DNA of 64,000 nt from Octopus sinensis (lineage: Eukaryota): the NCBI RefSeq assembly GCF_006345805.1, contig NC_043000.1, forward strand, positions 32,736,001 through 32,800,000, in the 5' to 3' direction. The notes beneath the pieces are model-generated. The model ran no database searches. It worked only from the letters and a program-made list of their open reading frames with translations, and had not been told where the DNA came from. Every line of letters starts with the position of its first letter. Within the stretch, counting starts at the first letter, position 1. Positions 38,526-52,199 of this stretch are shown piece by piece. The position numbers and the translations under genes are program-made.

Positions 38526-40986
38526 TAAGATTTAGTTGGGGTTTATGTAGCTAGTTAGTATTAAAGGTGCTGGAGTGTATGTAGCTAGTTCGTAAAGGAA
38601 CTGCAGTAATGAAAGAAGAGAGTGTCTTCATGAGCCAATATTTGATATGAGTTGCTCAGTATTTGTCAGTTGCATTATGATCTTTTGGTAGCAGTCTTGG
38701 CTATTGGTAGGCATGGTAGCAATACTGTCTGAGTCAAGGTGGCCATTTGTCAAGTCAGAGCAACAGCATAATTCTTATGTCCACTTTACTATCTTTGCAT
38801 GGGTCAGACTAAATTTACTGGGGCAGTTTTCTATGGCCAGATGCCTTTCCTTTTTCCAACACTTACCTACCTCCAAACAATGAAATATTTCTCCATGGCC
38901 AGTCATGTTTTTTCATGGAAGACCTGAAATGAAAGACATTGTTTCTATGATGATAATGCTTGTCTACAATCATCACACACACACACACAGTGGCTTATAG
39001 TAGAAGTCACTTGCTGAAGGTGCTGTGTAGTGGAACTGAACCCAAATTCACAAGCAAGCTAATGCCTTGTATTTGTTCCTACTGTGTATACTTTGTGCCT
39101 AAATCCTGGCAAACCCTACTTTGCCTTTCATCTTTTTGGCGTTGATGACTAAATTCCAGTCTGGGTGAGGGCTTGATTCTTGTGTCTCTCTTCCTTTCTC
39201 TCTAGAAGAAATCAGTCATAAGAGGCCCTGAAAGAGAGAGAGAGAGAATCTTCTATGGTTTTAAAAAACTTAAGATACACTGTACGTTATAATGATTTCA
39301 AGCAATTTTGGGGGTGGGGTAAGTCGGTTACATTGATGCCGGTGATCAACTGGTACTTATTTTATCGAACCCTAAAGGATGAAAGATGAAGTGGATGTCA
39401 GCAGGATTTGAACTCAGAACGTAAAGATGAATGAAATGCAGCAGAGCATTTCGCCCAGTGTGCTAACGATTCTGCCAGCTTTCTGAATGGCACCTCTTTG
39501 ACACCATCAAGGCTTAATTTATCAAAGTACTATGGAAGCCCTCTAACATAGGTAACATTTGTATTTTGTTGTATCATGATTAGTAACTATTTCTGGTTGA
39601 AGTAGTTCCTGGCCTGGAACTGTAGAGACCCTGTCTTTGTGCTGTAGTTTTTACAGCATTTGCTGCAATGCCAAAGTAATTTTGCTCGTTATGTGCCATT
39701 CATGGTTGTTTCCTTGAGGTGTGAAGTGATTGTGTCTTGGAGTTGTTGAAATCCTCTCAAGTTGTCCAGCATATTTCTGGAAGCAATACAGAAATGTATT
39801 TAGGTTATTACTCTACTATTTGTGCCATCTTACTGTTCTTTTTGAGAAGACTTATTGTGGGAAGATAGAAAGGAAATTATGTGACCTCCATGTTTCTTTA
39901 ATGGGCGCGTAAAAAGCACCAACTGATCGTGGTCATTGCCAGCCTCCCCTGGCACCTGTGCTGATGGCACGTAAAAAGCACCCACTATACTCCCAGAGTG
40001 GTTGGCGTTAGGAAGGGCATCCAGCTGTAGAAACACTGCCAGATCAGACTGGAGCCTGATGCAGCCTCCTGGCTTCCCAGACCCCGGTCGAACCGTCCAA
40101 CCCATGCCAGCATGGAAAACGGACGTTAAACGATGATGATGTTAGCCATGCTACATGGCAGTGAAACATGGGCTGTGACTGCAGAGGACATGTTAAAGCT
40201 TGAAAGAATTGAAGCTACTTTACTCTGCTGGATATGCAATGTCGGTATGCATGTATGACAAAGTGTGTCTTCAGAGAAAAATTGGGTACGTCAGGCATCA
40301 GATGTAGTATGCAAGAGAGAAGACTGCACTGGTATGGCCATGTGATGTGTATGGACAAGGACAGCTGTGTAAAGAGGTGCCAGTCCCTCACTGGAGGGAA
40401 CCTGTGGAAGAGGTAGACCTAGGAAGATGTGGAATGAAATGATAAAATATGATCTTTGGTTGTGGAGTTTCACAGATGTGATAATAATTGACTGAAACTT
40501 TTGTTGGTTTGCTGCACTTGAAGAACCATGTGAAGCTTGTCATGGCCAATGCCAAACACTCTCTATAATGATGCCATCCTATAGCAGATATCATTTGCAA
40601 GTGATCTGGTATTGATTATTGAGTGTTTGGTAAATGAAGACATGTTATATTAAGAGTCCTGTTTAAATATATTTATGCTGGATTTGAAACCAAAACTCTG
40701 GAATTTTTCTTCTAACCTGTCCATCTGTCTGTTCATCTCTCTATCCATATGTTCAGAATTTCATAGTCTAAAAATTCCACTTTTTAAGATGGTAAGGTTA
40801 ATTTGGCTACTATTTTTAGCAAAATCTAGAAACTTTGTAGAACTTACCACATTGTTAGTTTGAAATTATTTTGCATTTACAACACAAACTTCTTCAAAAT
40901 GCAGAACGTACATAATATTGAATTATAAAATTGTAAAGTGATTAAAATTTCCTCTTTTAATTTTTGCTTGGTTTAGGTCTGTTGAA

Positions 40987-41252
40987 ATGGCTGGAAGACA
41001 GTTCTCTAGATTGATTCCTTTATGTAGAAACATCCCAAAACATAGGATTTCATTCCTTGCTACCAGATGTCTTCATCAAAGATCCATGTTAAGTGGAGCA
41101 AAGTCTCAATTGCTTCTGATTACCTCAAATAAACAGATTAAACCATATTCTTCGGCTGCTGCTTTGGAATATATCAACATTCAAGATGAAAGTGACTTTG
41201 AGAAGCGAGTTCTGGACAGTCCAAAACCTGTCGTTGTTGATTTCCATGCTAC
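40987..41252 (+). CDS. TXN2: Thioredoxin-2, mitochondrial: first coding exon (targeting peptide to PVVVDFHAT)
   Basis: Acceptor AG at 40975-76; ATG at 40987; Arg/Ser/Leu-rich presequence; AC|GTGAGT donor (phase 2). Confidence 0.95.
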
Positions 41253-41342
41253 GTGAGTTTCTTTGACTTTTTCCTTTTTTTGATTTTAAATATCCATTCC
41301 TTATTATTCATATTGGTTTATCTTTTTGATTATGTTGATTGA

Positions 41343-41955
41343 CTAGCTTAGGTACCTGGTAAAAAATTACCATTAATAGCCGTGAAAAATTTTTTGTCAA
41401 ATTTCAACATTTTTCAAAAAATTAAAATCTATATTAATGTGTAGGATCAATTCGATGAAAAAATGAGCAGTCTGGGAGCGAACCCATGTTGTTGTCGTTT
41501 TTCTGTATGTGCGTAATATGGCGAAATTTTACACTTTGGGGCAAATTTTGTCAAATTGATGTCACGACGGCTAGTGCACAAAATACCTAAATTTTGCTTC
41601 AGAAATAAAATGGTTTTATCTAATCAAAACCTGAAACACTGGAATTAAAACGAATTTAAATAATAAGTTTTAGCAAATCAAAACAATTTGCATTGAAATG
41701 AAGAATTAGCAAATGCCAAATAGATTACCATTAATAAGCTGTCTGTTTATACCCATGAAACATTTTTCTTCAAATTGATGTCACAATGGCTAGTGCAAAA
41801 CATGCTGAAATTTTACAATTTTTGGAAAATCGATTTTTAAAAATTCCAAGCCCCCCCCCCCATGTGTCAAGTTTCATCAAAGTCTGTTGGATAGTCTCAG
41901 AGAAGTTGAAGCAAGAAATTCACAAACACACAAACTTTCCATTTATTATTATAGA
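41343..41955 (-). mobile_element. Non-autonomous Helitron
   Basis: Minus strand A|TCTATAATAATAAATGGAAAGTTTG...CTAG|T: canonical TC/CTAG ends in an AT target; internal direct repeat caaattgatgtcac..ggctagtgca at about 41551 and 41771. Confidence 0.8.
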
Positions 41956-43899
41956 TTATGTGATACGTTGTGATCCCTGTGCCGGTGGCACGTAAAAAGC
42001 ACCATCCGAACGTGGCCGATGCCAGCGCCACCTTGACTGGCTTCCGTACTGGTGTCACATAAAAAGCACCAACTGATCGTGGCCGTTGCCAGCCTTGCCT
42101 GGCACGTAAAAAGCTCCCACTACACTCACGGAGCGGTTGGCATTAGGAAGGGCATCCAGCTGTAGAAACACTGCCAGATCAGACTGGGCTTGGTGCAGCC
42201 TCCTGGGTTCCCAGACCCCGGTCGGACCGTCCAACCAGTACCGCCTGACTGGCCCCCGTGTCTGTGGCACATAAAAGCACCCACTACACTCACAGAGTGG
42301 TTGGCATTAGGAAGGGCATCCAGTTGTAGAAACTGCCAGATCAGATTGGAGTCTGGTGCAGCCATCTGGTTCGCCAGACCTCAGTCAAATCGTCCAACCC
42401 ATGCTAGCATGGAAAACGGACGTTAAACATTGATGATGATGATGAGTGGCCTTACACTTTAGTGATTGTTGTAGTTTAGCGCAGATCAGCCTAGTATCAG
42501 CAGAGCTAGAATCAGTGGTATTCTTACCATGATCTCTCCATCTTTCTCTCAGGCTTTGCACATCTAAGACTACATTACTGAATGTATTCCTCTTTTTTCA
42601 AGATAGTAGGGAGTGATTTAAGAGATATTTAGCTTATTTCTAGCAGATTTGAGTGACCACATTTATCATTCCTTGAGAATTTAGCTGCCTAAGTGAAATG
42701 GACGTTTATGTGTCCATCCATGGCAATCACCACAATATTTATGAGATTATCTTGTACTGAGATTTACTGGTCTGTATGATAAATTATCATTATTAAAGGA
42801 ATTGGTCTCAAGCTGCCAGAATCATTAGCATGTGGGACAAAATGCTTAACAACATTTTTTCCAGTTCTATGTTCGAATCCCACCCTGGCCAACTTTTGCC
42901 TTTCATCCTTTCGGGGTCAGTGGAATAAGTACCAGCTTCCCACTAGGGTTCATGTCATTGACTAACTCCCCAACTCCCCAAAATTTCATGCTTTTGTCTT
43001 TAGTAGAAGGAACTATTAATGGAATTGGTAGAGTTTTAGGTAAAATGCCTTTGAGTGTTTCATTTCATCTCTTTATGCACACAGTTCAAATCCTGCTGTA
43101 GTCAGCTTTGCTTTCATCCTTCAAGGGTCAGTATAATAAAATAACAGCAGCTGTTGTTTTTTAGCTTCAGTTCAAACCTGAATACAAGAGAGCCATAATT
43201 ATGCTATCATGCAATAATTAGATACCATACACCCAAAGCCATGTTATTTCATGTTGTCTTCAGATTGTCAGCTGTGATATGAAATTTGGTTGCTGTTTCT
43301 AGAAGGTCAAATGGCCAAATAGTGGTGCTCTCCCCTGCTGCAATGTTTAACCATATTTCTATGAAGAACTCTTTGTTTCAATCCATTTCGAAAATAGTAA
43401 AGAATTTTGTAGAGCCACTTTGTCGTTATTAAGCTGATGTTTGAAAATTAAATTAACAAGAAATTTCGATGCCAGGTTTTAATTCAGATCACTTTAAAAC
43501 GAGAAGTTGGTATCCTAGAACCAGGGGTTCTATGATGGATTGGTATCAAAAGGGTCAAATATCATCATCATATGTTTGTTTTCTATGCTGGTATGGGTTG
43601 GACAGTTTGACAGGAGTTGGCCAGGCCAGGAGCTGTACCAAATTCCTTAGTCTGTTTTGGCATGGTTTCTATGGCTGGGATACCTTTCCAACAGGAAAGG
43701 TATCCTTGTCTTGTATATAAATTTCTTTGTTTTCACAATATGTATTTTTTATTTCAACATAATAATAATCAATAATATTTACAATTAAAAAAATTATATT
43801 TAAATGAAACTAAAATAAAAAGGAAAGGAGAGAAGAAAAAAAATAAATAAAAAGAGAATTAAGCTACAAAATACTTATGTTCTTTTGATTTCCTGTAAT

Positions 43900-45896
43900 T
43901 CAGAGCACCTCATGGTCCCAGCAGACAGAATGGAAAAGGTGTTACCTTGGAGGATGGTGAGGGAGATGCACTGGAACAGCTACCCTGACTCACAGGGCTT
44001 GCACTTGCAGAGAGCCATCTCTGCCCTGATATTGGGGAGCAGGGATATGGTCGGGGGTGCCAAGAATGCACCACATTACTTGGCAACAGGGAAAATGAGA
44101 CAAGTTCAATTGGTGCATTTGTGTCTCCTATAAGTGCAGCTTCACTCGAAATGCCTTCACTGCATCATACATATCACATTAAAGACCTGGTCTTGGATGT
44201 TTAAAACGTTGAGATGTGCAGTTATGTCAACCAGAAACACTATCTTGCATTTCCACTTTTCATCCCACAGAACATTGGATTCTTTTCTTTTCCTGTCCAA
44301 GAACTGACACATCTCCTCAACCAGCACAAAAACTATATTGAGAACCTTTCCTCGACTGAGCCACCACACTTCTGTATGATAAGGCACATCACCAAACTCT
44401 GAATGCATTTCCCACAGGAAAGACTGAAATTGGCAGTGATTTAACCCTTTGGCTCGGATAAAGTTTACAGTTTGCATTACACTGCTCATTCCATGTCCCA
44501 TTTTTAAGGCTTCAGCGCTCAGCGTTTCCTGGTGTATGATCCAGTGATATGTTGTCCACTCACCAGTGCAGTTCTCTTCTTGCATCTTTAAACATATCCT
44601 ACCCACCAGTCCACTTTTTTCATCGCACATCACTGGTGCTCCATCTATTGTAAGTCCAATAAGTTTGTCCCAAGGCAGTTTCATGTTGGTTACACTCTGA
44701 CATATCGATTTCAAAAAGGTCCTTTCCTGTTGTCCAGTGCATCGATTTAATGTCTAAAATTTCCTCCATGACAAACAAATTGGAGTCTACTCCACGGATG
44801 AAGATAGCCAGCTGTGCTGTATCAGTCATGTCAGTAGTCTCGTCCATAGCAAGAGAGTATGCCATAAAACCTTTTCACTTATCAATCAACTGTGTTTTCA
44901 AATCAGTGGCTGTCTCACACACCTGGTCAGCAACTGTATTTCTGCTAATGCTCACATTAGGGAACAGTTGCTTCTTGTCTGGACACAAAACATCACACAT
45001 TTTCATCACGCAGCTCTTCGCAAACTCTCCTTCAGTAAATGGCTAGATTGATTTTGCGATCTCCGCTGCCACAATAAAACTTGCTTTAACAGCAGCTTCA
45101 CTCTGTGAATTTGCTTTGGTTAAAGAAATGTCTGTTGTAATGTGAGATTCCTCTTCAACTCATCTACCTTTCGTTGCTTCTGTTCAGCAGTGAGGTATTT
45201 ATACTTGTCCTGATGTTTTGTCTCATAGTGGCCTTTGAGATTATATTCTTTAAGTACAGCAACATTAGCACCACAATTAAGACACACGGGTTTGCCATCA
45301 ATGTCAGCAAACATGTACTCGGTTTCCCACCGGATTTGAAAGGCTCTGCTTTCAATATCGACTTTTCTCATGGCCATTCATGTAGATAGCTATTACAACT
45401 GAATGACATCACGTGAAAATGATCACCCGAAAGAGTGGCAAGGTGGCTGTTGCAGTGCATTATGGGATTAGTAGATTTTGCATCATCAGCGCTTCACAAC
45501 GTGCAATTAGAGAATCGAAGGAGGCATTTCCCAGCATGTTTGTTGCAGTTACAATTAAGACATGTGACTGTGTTATCTTGCCTCTTTAATGTGCTTTTTT
45601 TTTGTACAGACAAGGTGTAATAGTCATAGTGGTGTTGTTTCTAATCGTGTATTAAATTATTGCTACTTACACCCTTAGTAAGAAAGGTAGTGCAGTCGGT
45701 GCTATATATAATGTAATGGCCTGCTTTGGCCACACCCTTTATATGTGTAGTTGTAACAAGAAGGCATGGGTGTTGCTGAGGGCGGCAAAGTACTCTATTT
45801 GCTGATGCTGCCATTTGGACTAATTTCACATTGATATCAAGCTGGTCCTGCAGGCCAGATGAAATTGCTGCTCAGGCTGGGAATTTGGCATGTCTG
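43900..45896 (-). mobile_element. hAT transposon (SPIN/GTF2IRD2-like transposase), decayed and 3'-truncated
   Basis: KVD.ESRAFQ.RWETEYMF..GKPVCL.C..YNL..HYETKH; AYSLAMDETTD.TDTAQLAIFIRGVD; HTEVWWLSRGKVL; 5' end CAGACATGCCAAATTC at 45896. Confidence 0.9.
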
Positions 45897-46594
45897 TCTT
45901 AGATTTACTTCTGTGCTATTTCACCTCCGTCTTTTCATCATCATCATCATCATTTAACGTCCGTTTTCCGCGCTAGCACGGGTTGGACGGTTCGACCGGG
46001 GTCTGGGGAGCCAGGGGCTGCCCCAGGCTCCAGTCTGGTCTGGCAGTGTTTCTACAGCTGGATGCCCTTCCTAACGCCAACCACTCCGCGAGTGTAGTGG
46101 GTGCTTTTTACGTGCCACCTGCACAGGTGCCAGAGGGGTCTAGCATCGGCCACGGTCGGTTGGTGCTTTTTATGTGCCACCTGCACAGAAGCCAGTCGGG
46201 GCGGTGCTGGCATCAAAAATTTGATTTGTATAGATCTCTAATCTTTTTTCAACTATATATATATATATATATCCCACACATTCCACCCCTACCCCACATT
46301 CTCACCCCCACCCTCACATTCCCCCCCAACACCACACACTACCACCCTAGCACTAACCACTTCTTAGCACCCACACCATCATCCACACAGCCACACATTA
46401 CACTTACACATCCACACGTCATAGTCACCAACCCCTATCCACATGAACATACTTACACACTGTCACATACACATGCGCACCTTTGTTTTGGGATCATCAA
46501 TACTTTATTATCTCCCCTTCTACCTAGCTCTCCCGTCTAACTACCTCTGTCCAGCCAGCTGCCATGATTGACTGCTAGCTACAAAAGCTTTTTT

Positions 46595-46745
46595 CATTCT
46601 TTCTCTGTTTGTTTCCTTGTGTTCCTTTCTGTTGAAGAGCATAGGCTCAAAACATAAAAGACTTTCTCACCTTCCTGAGCGTTAAACTAATACACCTGTT
46701 TATTGTTTATACACCTGTCTTCATCTTTTGTTTTTCTGTAAATTC
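46595..46745 (+). mobile_element. Penelope-derived short element with hammerhead relic; inverted partner at about 48205-48345
   Basis: CTTT-CTGTTGA-A-GAGC ATAG GCTC-AAAAC-ATA-AAAG at 46625-46660; the minus-strand copy is at 48283-48318. Confidence 0.6.
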
Positions 46746-47261
46746 CAACTATATCTATACATATATATAATTGCTAAACAGGATGTCAAACATTTAGGCA
46801 AGGCAAACATCTCAAGTCATATACAATATTATTATGGAAAGAAATTCAAAACCTTACAGCTGTTTCTTGGATATCCCCAAGTATGGGATATTCCGTCATC
46901 AAAGACAAATAGGGGAAAAATATGGAAAATGAGAATTGTATATATCAATAAGATGAAGGGAGTAAAAGAACAAGGAGATGGAAAGAGAGAAGAAACAAGA
47001 AACATAAAAGTTCATGGTTCAACTTTCTGAAGTTATGGAAAGCAAAGCATGAGTCTTTAGGTGTAATCCTGTGGAGATCCATGAGCGTAGGTCCTTAGGT
47101 GCAATTTTACGTAGATCCTTGTTGGTTAAAGTCCTGATATAGTAGACATCCCAAGAAAAAGACGTGAACATATCAACGTTCAGTAACAAAATAAATATAT
47201 TTATATTTATAAAAAATTAGAAAAAACCTCCTTTTATCAATTCAAAATAAACAATTAAATT

Positions 47262-47394
47262 ACACCATCTAGAAAATTACATATAATAGAAATATTAAAA
47301 TTAAAATAACAATAAAATACTAATGATTAAGTAAATTGCAAAAAAATAATAAAAACGTACATATTTCTATTATATGTAATTTTCTAGATGGTGT
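47262..47394. repeat. Perfect 34-bp inverted repeat with 65-bp spacer
   Basis: acaccatctagaaaattacatataatagaaatat (47262-47295) and its exact reverse complement (47361-47394). Confidence 0.95.
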
Positions 47395-48409
47395 GAAATT
47401 TGATTTAGTATTTCTAAATTGAATTTTTTTTCCCCGTAAGTTAGGATTAATATTCCCTCAAATAATTATTATATTTATATTTATTTATTGGTGGGAGCAA
47501 CAAAAAAAGTACTCCACCCAGTAAAAAATAAATATTATTTAATACAAATAAAGTTTAAATTTGAGTTTCTATTAGTTCTATGCCTCTGAAAATATGGTGG
47601 TGGGACTAGTCTGTATAGCATGCCTCATATTTCCAAGCAGTTGTCAGTCAGTCAGATGACTGCTTGGAGATATGTGGTATGCTATACAAGCTTGTCCAAC
47701 CATCTCATTTTCAGATGCATGAACTTTGAACCTCATGGACGCAATGACTAGTGACCGAGACCTTTGGTGCTGTGCTTGAGAGGACTCATCAAGCCAAGTG
47801 CACCCGTGCTGGTGGCATGTAAAAGTACCCCGGTGTCATGTAAATAGCACCTGTGCCGGTGGCATGTAAAAGCACCCATTACACTCTCAGTGTGGTTGGC
47901 GATAGGAAGGACATCCAGCTATAGAAAACCATGCCAAATCTTACTGGAGTCTGGTGAAGCCTTCCAGCTTACCAGTCCTAGTCAAACCACCCAACCCATG
48001 CCAGCATGGACAATGGATGTTAACTGATGATGATGATGATGAAACTATATTAGCTTGAATTTAAACTCTGTATTAAAATTATGTGCGTGCATCTGTATAT
48101 ATCTATATATATATATATATGTATACTTTATTTAAATGCAGCAGAAATATCACAAAAACTGTTACTCAGAGTTTCACGTTCCCGTTTGTCGGACAATTTT
48201 GTTAGATTCTAACAAAAAACAAAGACAGGTGTATAAACAACAAACAGGTGTATTATTTTAATGCTCAGGAAGGTGAGAAAGTCTTTTACGTTTTGAGCCT
48301 ACACTCTTCAACAGAAAGGAATATGAGGAAATAAACAGAGAGAGAATAAAAAATATATATATATACATGTGTGTGTATATTTATGCAAGTGCTATTGTTT
48401 TATTTTTAG

Positions 48410-48533
48410 TTGGTGTGGTCCATGCAAACTACTGGCTCCACGATTAGAAAAGATCTGTGATGAACATAAAGATGATATTATTTTGGCCAAAGTTGATATT
48501 GATGAGAACACAGAACTTGCAATGAAATATAGT
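48410..48533 (+). CDS. TXN2: Thioredoxin-2: active-site exon
   Basis: ttttAG acceptor; WCGPCKLLAPRLEK..LAKVDIDENTELAMKYS; GTAAGT donor (phase 0). Confidence 0.97.
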
Positions 48534-51453
48534 GTAAGTATTTCATTTAGATTATTGTTTTTTTTCTAGTCCTTATTTTGCAAGTCTATAGTTTTTGTCA
48601 TCTCAAATTTAACATGTGTAATGGTTAATAAATAATACCAAAAAAACTTTTCCAATTTCCTGTTGTGAGATATTATTACTCTGTAAACAATATTTCCAGA
48701 ATTTTAAACTCTAATATGGGTCTCACTTAAATATAAAGTCTACATACGAAAGTGTAATACTGGAATAAGCTGAAGTGCTTCAAGTGGACACGTCTTGGAT
48801 TTTAACCCTATCTGCACTGTGTGTGTGTATGCATGTGTGTTTGTGTTGAAGGGGAGGGTGTGTGTGTGTTGCGTGTTCTTGTTTTGATTTTGTGTGATGG
48901 TTGTAAATGAGCATCACTGTCATATAAGCTGTGTCATTTATTTCCATTATTCTTTGAAAGAGGTGAGGGTTGGGAACAGGAAAAGCATTCAGTCTTAGAA
49001 AACCTACCTCTATACACTCCATCCAAATCATCAAGCATAGAAAAGTGGATACTGAAATATCAATGATGATGATGATGATAGTGATTATCTACATTTGTAG
49101 TCTTAGAGTATAATCTGAGGGAGATTTGACTGTCATCTTGGAGGTTGAGCGGCCATGTAGGGATACTGTCATTATTTCAGAGAAGTATGGTAGACTGTAC
49201 ATGAATAAAACCATTTATTGTGATGGTTAAAGAGAAACTGTGAGTGGTGGTGGCAGTGGTGGTTAGGTTGAAGGGGTGAGAGAACACTTAGGTTCTGTAA
49301 ACATTGACCTTTGACCTGACATGATATTGAAACAGTCTATGTTTGTGTCAGTGTCTCCTCCACTCCACTAATCTTTATAAAGTTTTCCAGTAAATATTCT
49401 GACTTCACAGCTATCAGGAGTGGTGGTCATTATTGTGTTAGTTGTTATTTCCCAGATCGATCCCGTTGGACAGGCCTATGATTATTGCTTTACCAATGTT
49501 GTTTATTTTTAGGGTATTTTGTATTCAGAACTACACTATTCTGTATGATATTTTTTACAACAGTGGCCTGTGGTTTAAGGGGGATTTGGCTACTATTTTT
49601 AATAAGCGGAACTACAAAATAAAGGCTCTCACAGTTGTTCATTTCTCCTAATTAGGGAATTAATAAAAGGAATCTCATTTATTAATATATCATAAATGTA
49701 GTTAGTTATTGAATTAATTCTTCCTTATTTGGGCGCAAGGCCAGCAATATGGAGGGGGAGAGGGCAAGTCAATTACATTGACCCCAGTATATCACTGGTA
49801 GTTTGTCATCTTCGAAAGAATAAAAGGCAAAGTTGACCTCAATGTGATTTGAACTCGGGACACAAGGAACCAGAATGAATACTGTAAAGCATTATTCTGA
49901 TGCCCCAACAAATTTGCCAGCTCTCTGCCTTCAGGTGTTAAATGAAGGGCTGAAAATAGAAGCGTTGTGTTAAACCTGGTGCTAGTGCCACATTAAAAGC
50001 TGTGATACTGGGTTCCATGTGAAAAGTACAAGTGCTGGTGCCACATAAAAAAAAAAATGGTGTCATGTAAGAAGCACCCAGTACACTCTAGAGTGGTTGG
50101 TGTTAGGAAGGGCATCCAGCTGTAGGAACCATGCCAAAACGGACTGTGGAACTTGGTACAACCCCCTGGTTTTGCCAGCTCCTATCAAGCAGTCCAACCC
50201 ATGCCAGCATAGAAAACAGGTGTTAAGTGAGGATTAATGATGAATGCAAGATGAACAAGATTTAAAATTAGGTTTTAGATTCACTTTCTGCTCTTTAGGG
50301 TCTTCCATAATTCTGTATAATTCTCTTCACATGACATCAGTGGGCTGGGCCTTTTATCATGCATTAATGACCTCGGGTGGAATGGGGGATCTTTGTCCTG
50401 TTTACTCAGCTCAGTAAGCCTGTTATGTAATGTATGACAGGAGTGTCTGCTCTGTGTGTGTGTAGTTGGCTACAGTAGAAACAGTGGAATTTAGTAGTTG
50501 TTGTTGTTGTAGTAGCTCACTACTGCCTAATAATAATAATGATGATTTCCTGATTTTGGCACAAGGCCAGCAAGTTTGGCAGAGGGTATAAGTCGATTAC
50601 ATCAACCCTAGTGCATAACTGGTACTTATTTCATTGACCCTGAAAAGATGAAAGGCAAAGTCAACCTCGGCAGAATTTGAACTCAGAACATAAAGATGGA
50701 TGATATACCACTAAGCATTTCGCCCAACATGCTAACAATTCTGCCAGCTTGTCACCTTAATAATGAATTTACCCATTTCTGGCAAAGTGGGAAAATTGTC
50801 AAACTTCACTGACAGGCGCAGGAGTGGGTGTGTGGTAAGTAGCTTGCTTACCAACCATATGGTGCTGGGTTCAGTCCCACTGCATGGCACGTTGGGCAAG
50901 TGTCTTCTACTATAGCCTCGGGCTGACCAAAGCCTTGTGAGTGGATTTGGTAGACGGAAACTGAAAGAAGCCCATCGTATATATGTATATATATTTATGT
51001 ATGTGTGTGTATGTGTATTTGTGTGTCTGTGTTTGTTCCCCCAACATCGCTTGAGAACTGGTGTTGGTGTGTCCTTGTAACTTAGCGGTTCGGCAAAAGA
51101 GAACCTATAGAATAAGTACTAGGCTTACAAAGAATAAGTCCTGGGGTCGATTTGCTCGACTAAAGGTGGTGCTCCAGCATGGTCGCAGTCAAATGACTGA
51201 AACAAGTAAAAGAAAGAAAAGAATAAAGAACAACAAAACTTCAACTGTAAATTAACTGAAATCTGTTGCCAGGCAAGGTTTTATGATATCGTAAATGAAT
51301 AAGCTGTAGCTTTGTAGTTTGTGTTTGAGTTGACAATGGTGGAAGTGGAGGGAGAGAGAGAGAGAAAAAGAAAGAGATGATTGAGAAGCATTAAGTCGGA
51401 ATCTAAGTTGTGACCTTTATTTTGACTTTATTTCCTGCCATTTGTACTTTCAG

Positions 51454-51567
51454 GTCAGTTCAGTGCCAACCGTTATTGGTGTCCGCAATGGGAAGACAGT
51501 GGACCAGTTTATTGGCCTACAGCCTGATGACTTAATTGAAAGCTTTATTGAGAAGCTCAAACACTGA
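51454..51567 (+). CDS. TXN2: Thioredoxin-2: last coding exon
   Basis: tactttCAG acceptor; VSSVPTVIGVRNGKTVDQFIGLQPDDLIESFIEKLKH*; spliced total 167 aa. Confidence 0.95.
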   Translation, partial: VSSVPTVIGVRNGKTVDQFIGLQPDDLIESFIEKLKH

Positions 51568-52193
51568 CCTCATTTCAAGCCATTAAAACTGTCAGGAGTG
51601 GTGGTGTTGTTGTTGTATGATAATGGTGGTGGTGTATATATCAGCTGTTTATTAGTCAGCAGCAAAAAAGGCCTAAGCAGGAATGAAGATGATGTGTGTA
51701 TATATGTCTATGCGGGTTTGTTTATGTCTATGTGTGTGTGTGTGTGTGTGTGTATTTGTTTCTCAACATTAGATAATGTTTGGGCACAGGCCAGGCAGGG
51801 AGAGGGTTTGACAAGATCCAGCAAGCCCTTGGACCACGTGGAACTATTATGTCATCTCAATGTGACCCTGTTGCTCACCAGATCCTGTCAAGCCATTCAC
51901 GCCATCCCTGTAAGGAAAACACATTCAATAAATATGAGGACCTAATATTCAATGTGTATATTTGGGTGTCTGATGTCTTGTTTTTGTGTATATAAATATG
52001 TGTGCATTATATTTGTATGTATGTTTTTTTTTTTCCTTTGTGTTGATTAAATTTTAGCTTTAATGTAATGATGTTTGAGATTTGTGTTTTCTTTTATATT
52101 TTTTTAAAACTTATCTATTTTGAATTGAAGAGATGTTGGTATGTGTTAATTATTTTTTTAATGAACCTCTCTTAATTATGCCCAGCAGATTGA

Positions 52194-52199
52194 AATAAA
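52194..52199 (+). terminator. Likely TXN2 polyadenylation signal
   Basis: AATAAA followed by a T-rich stretch; an alternative AATAAA lies at 51927-51932. Confidence 0.5.
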
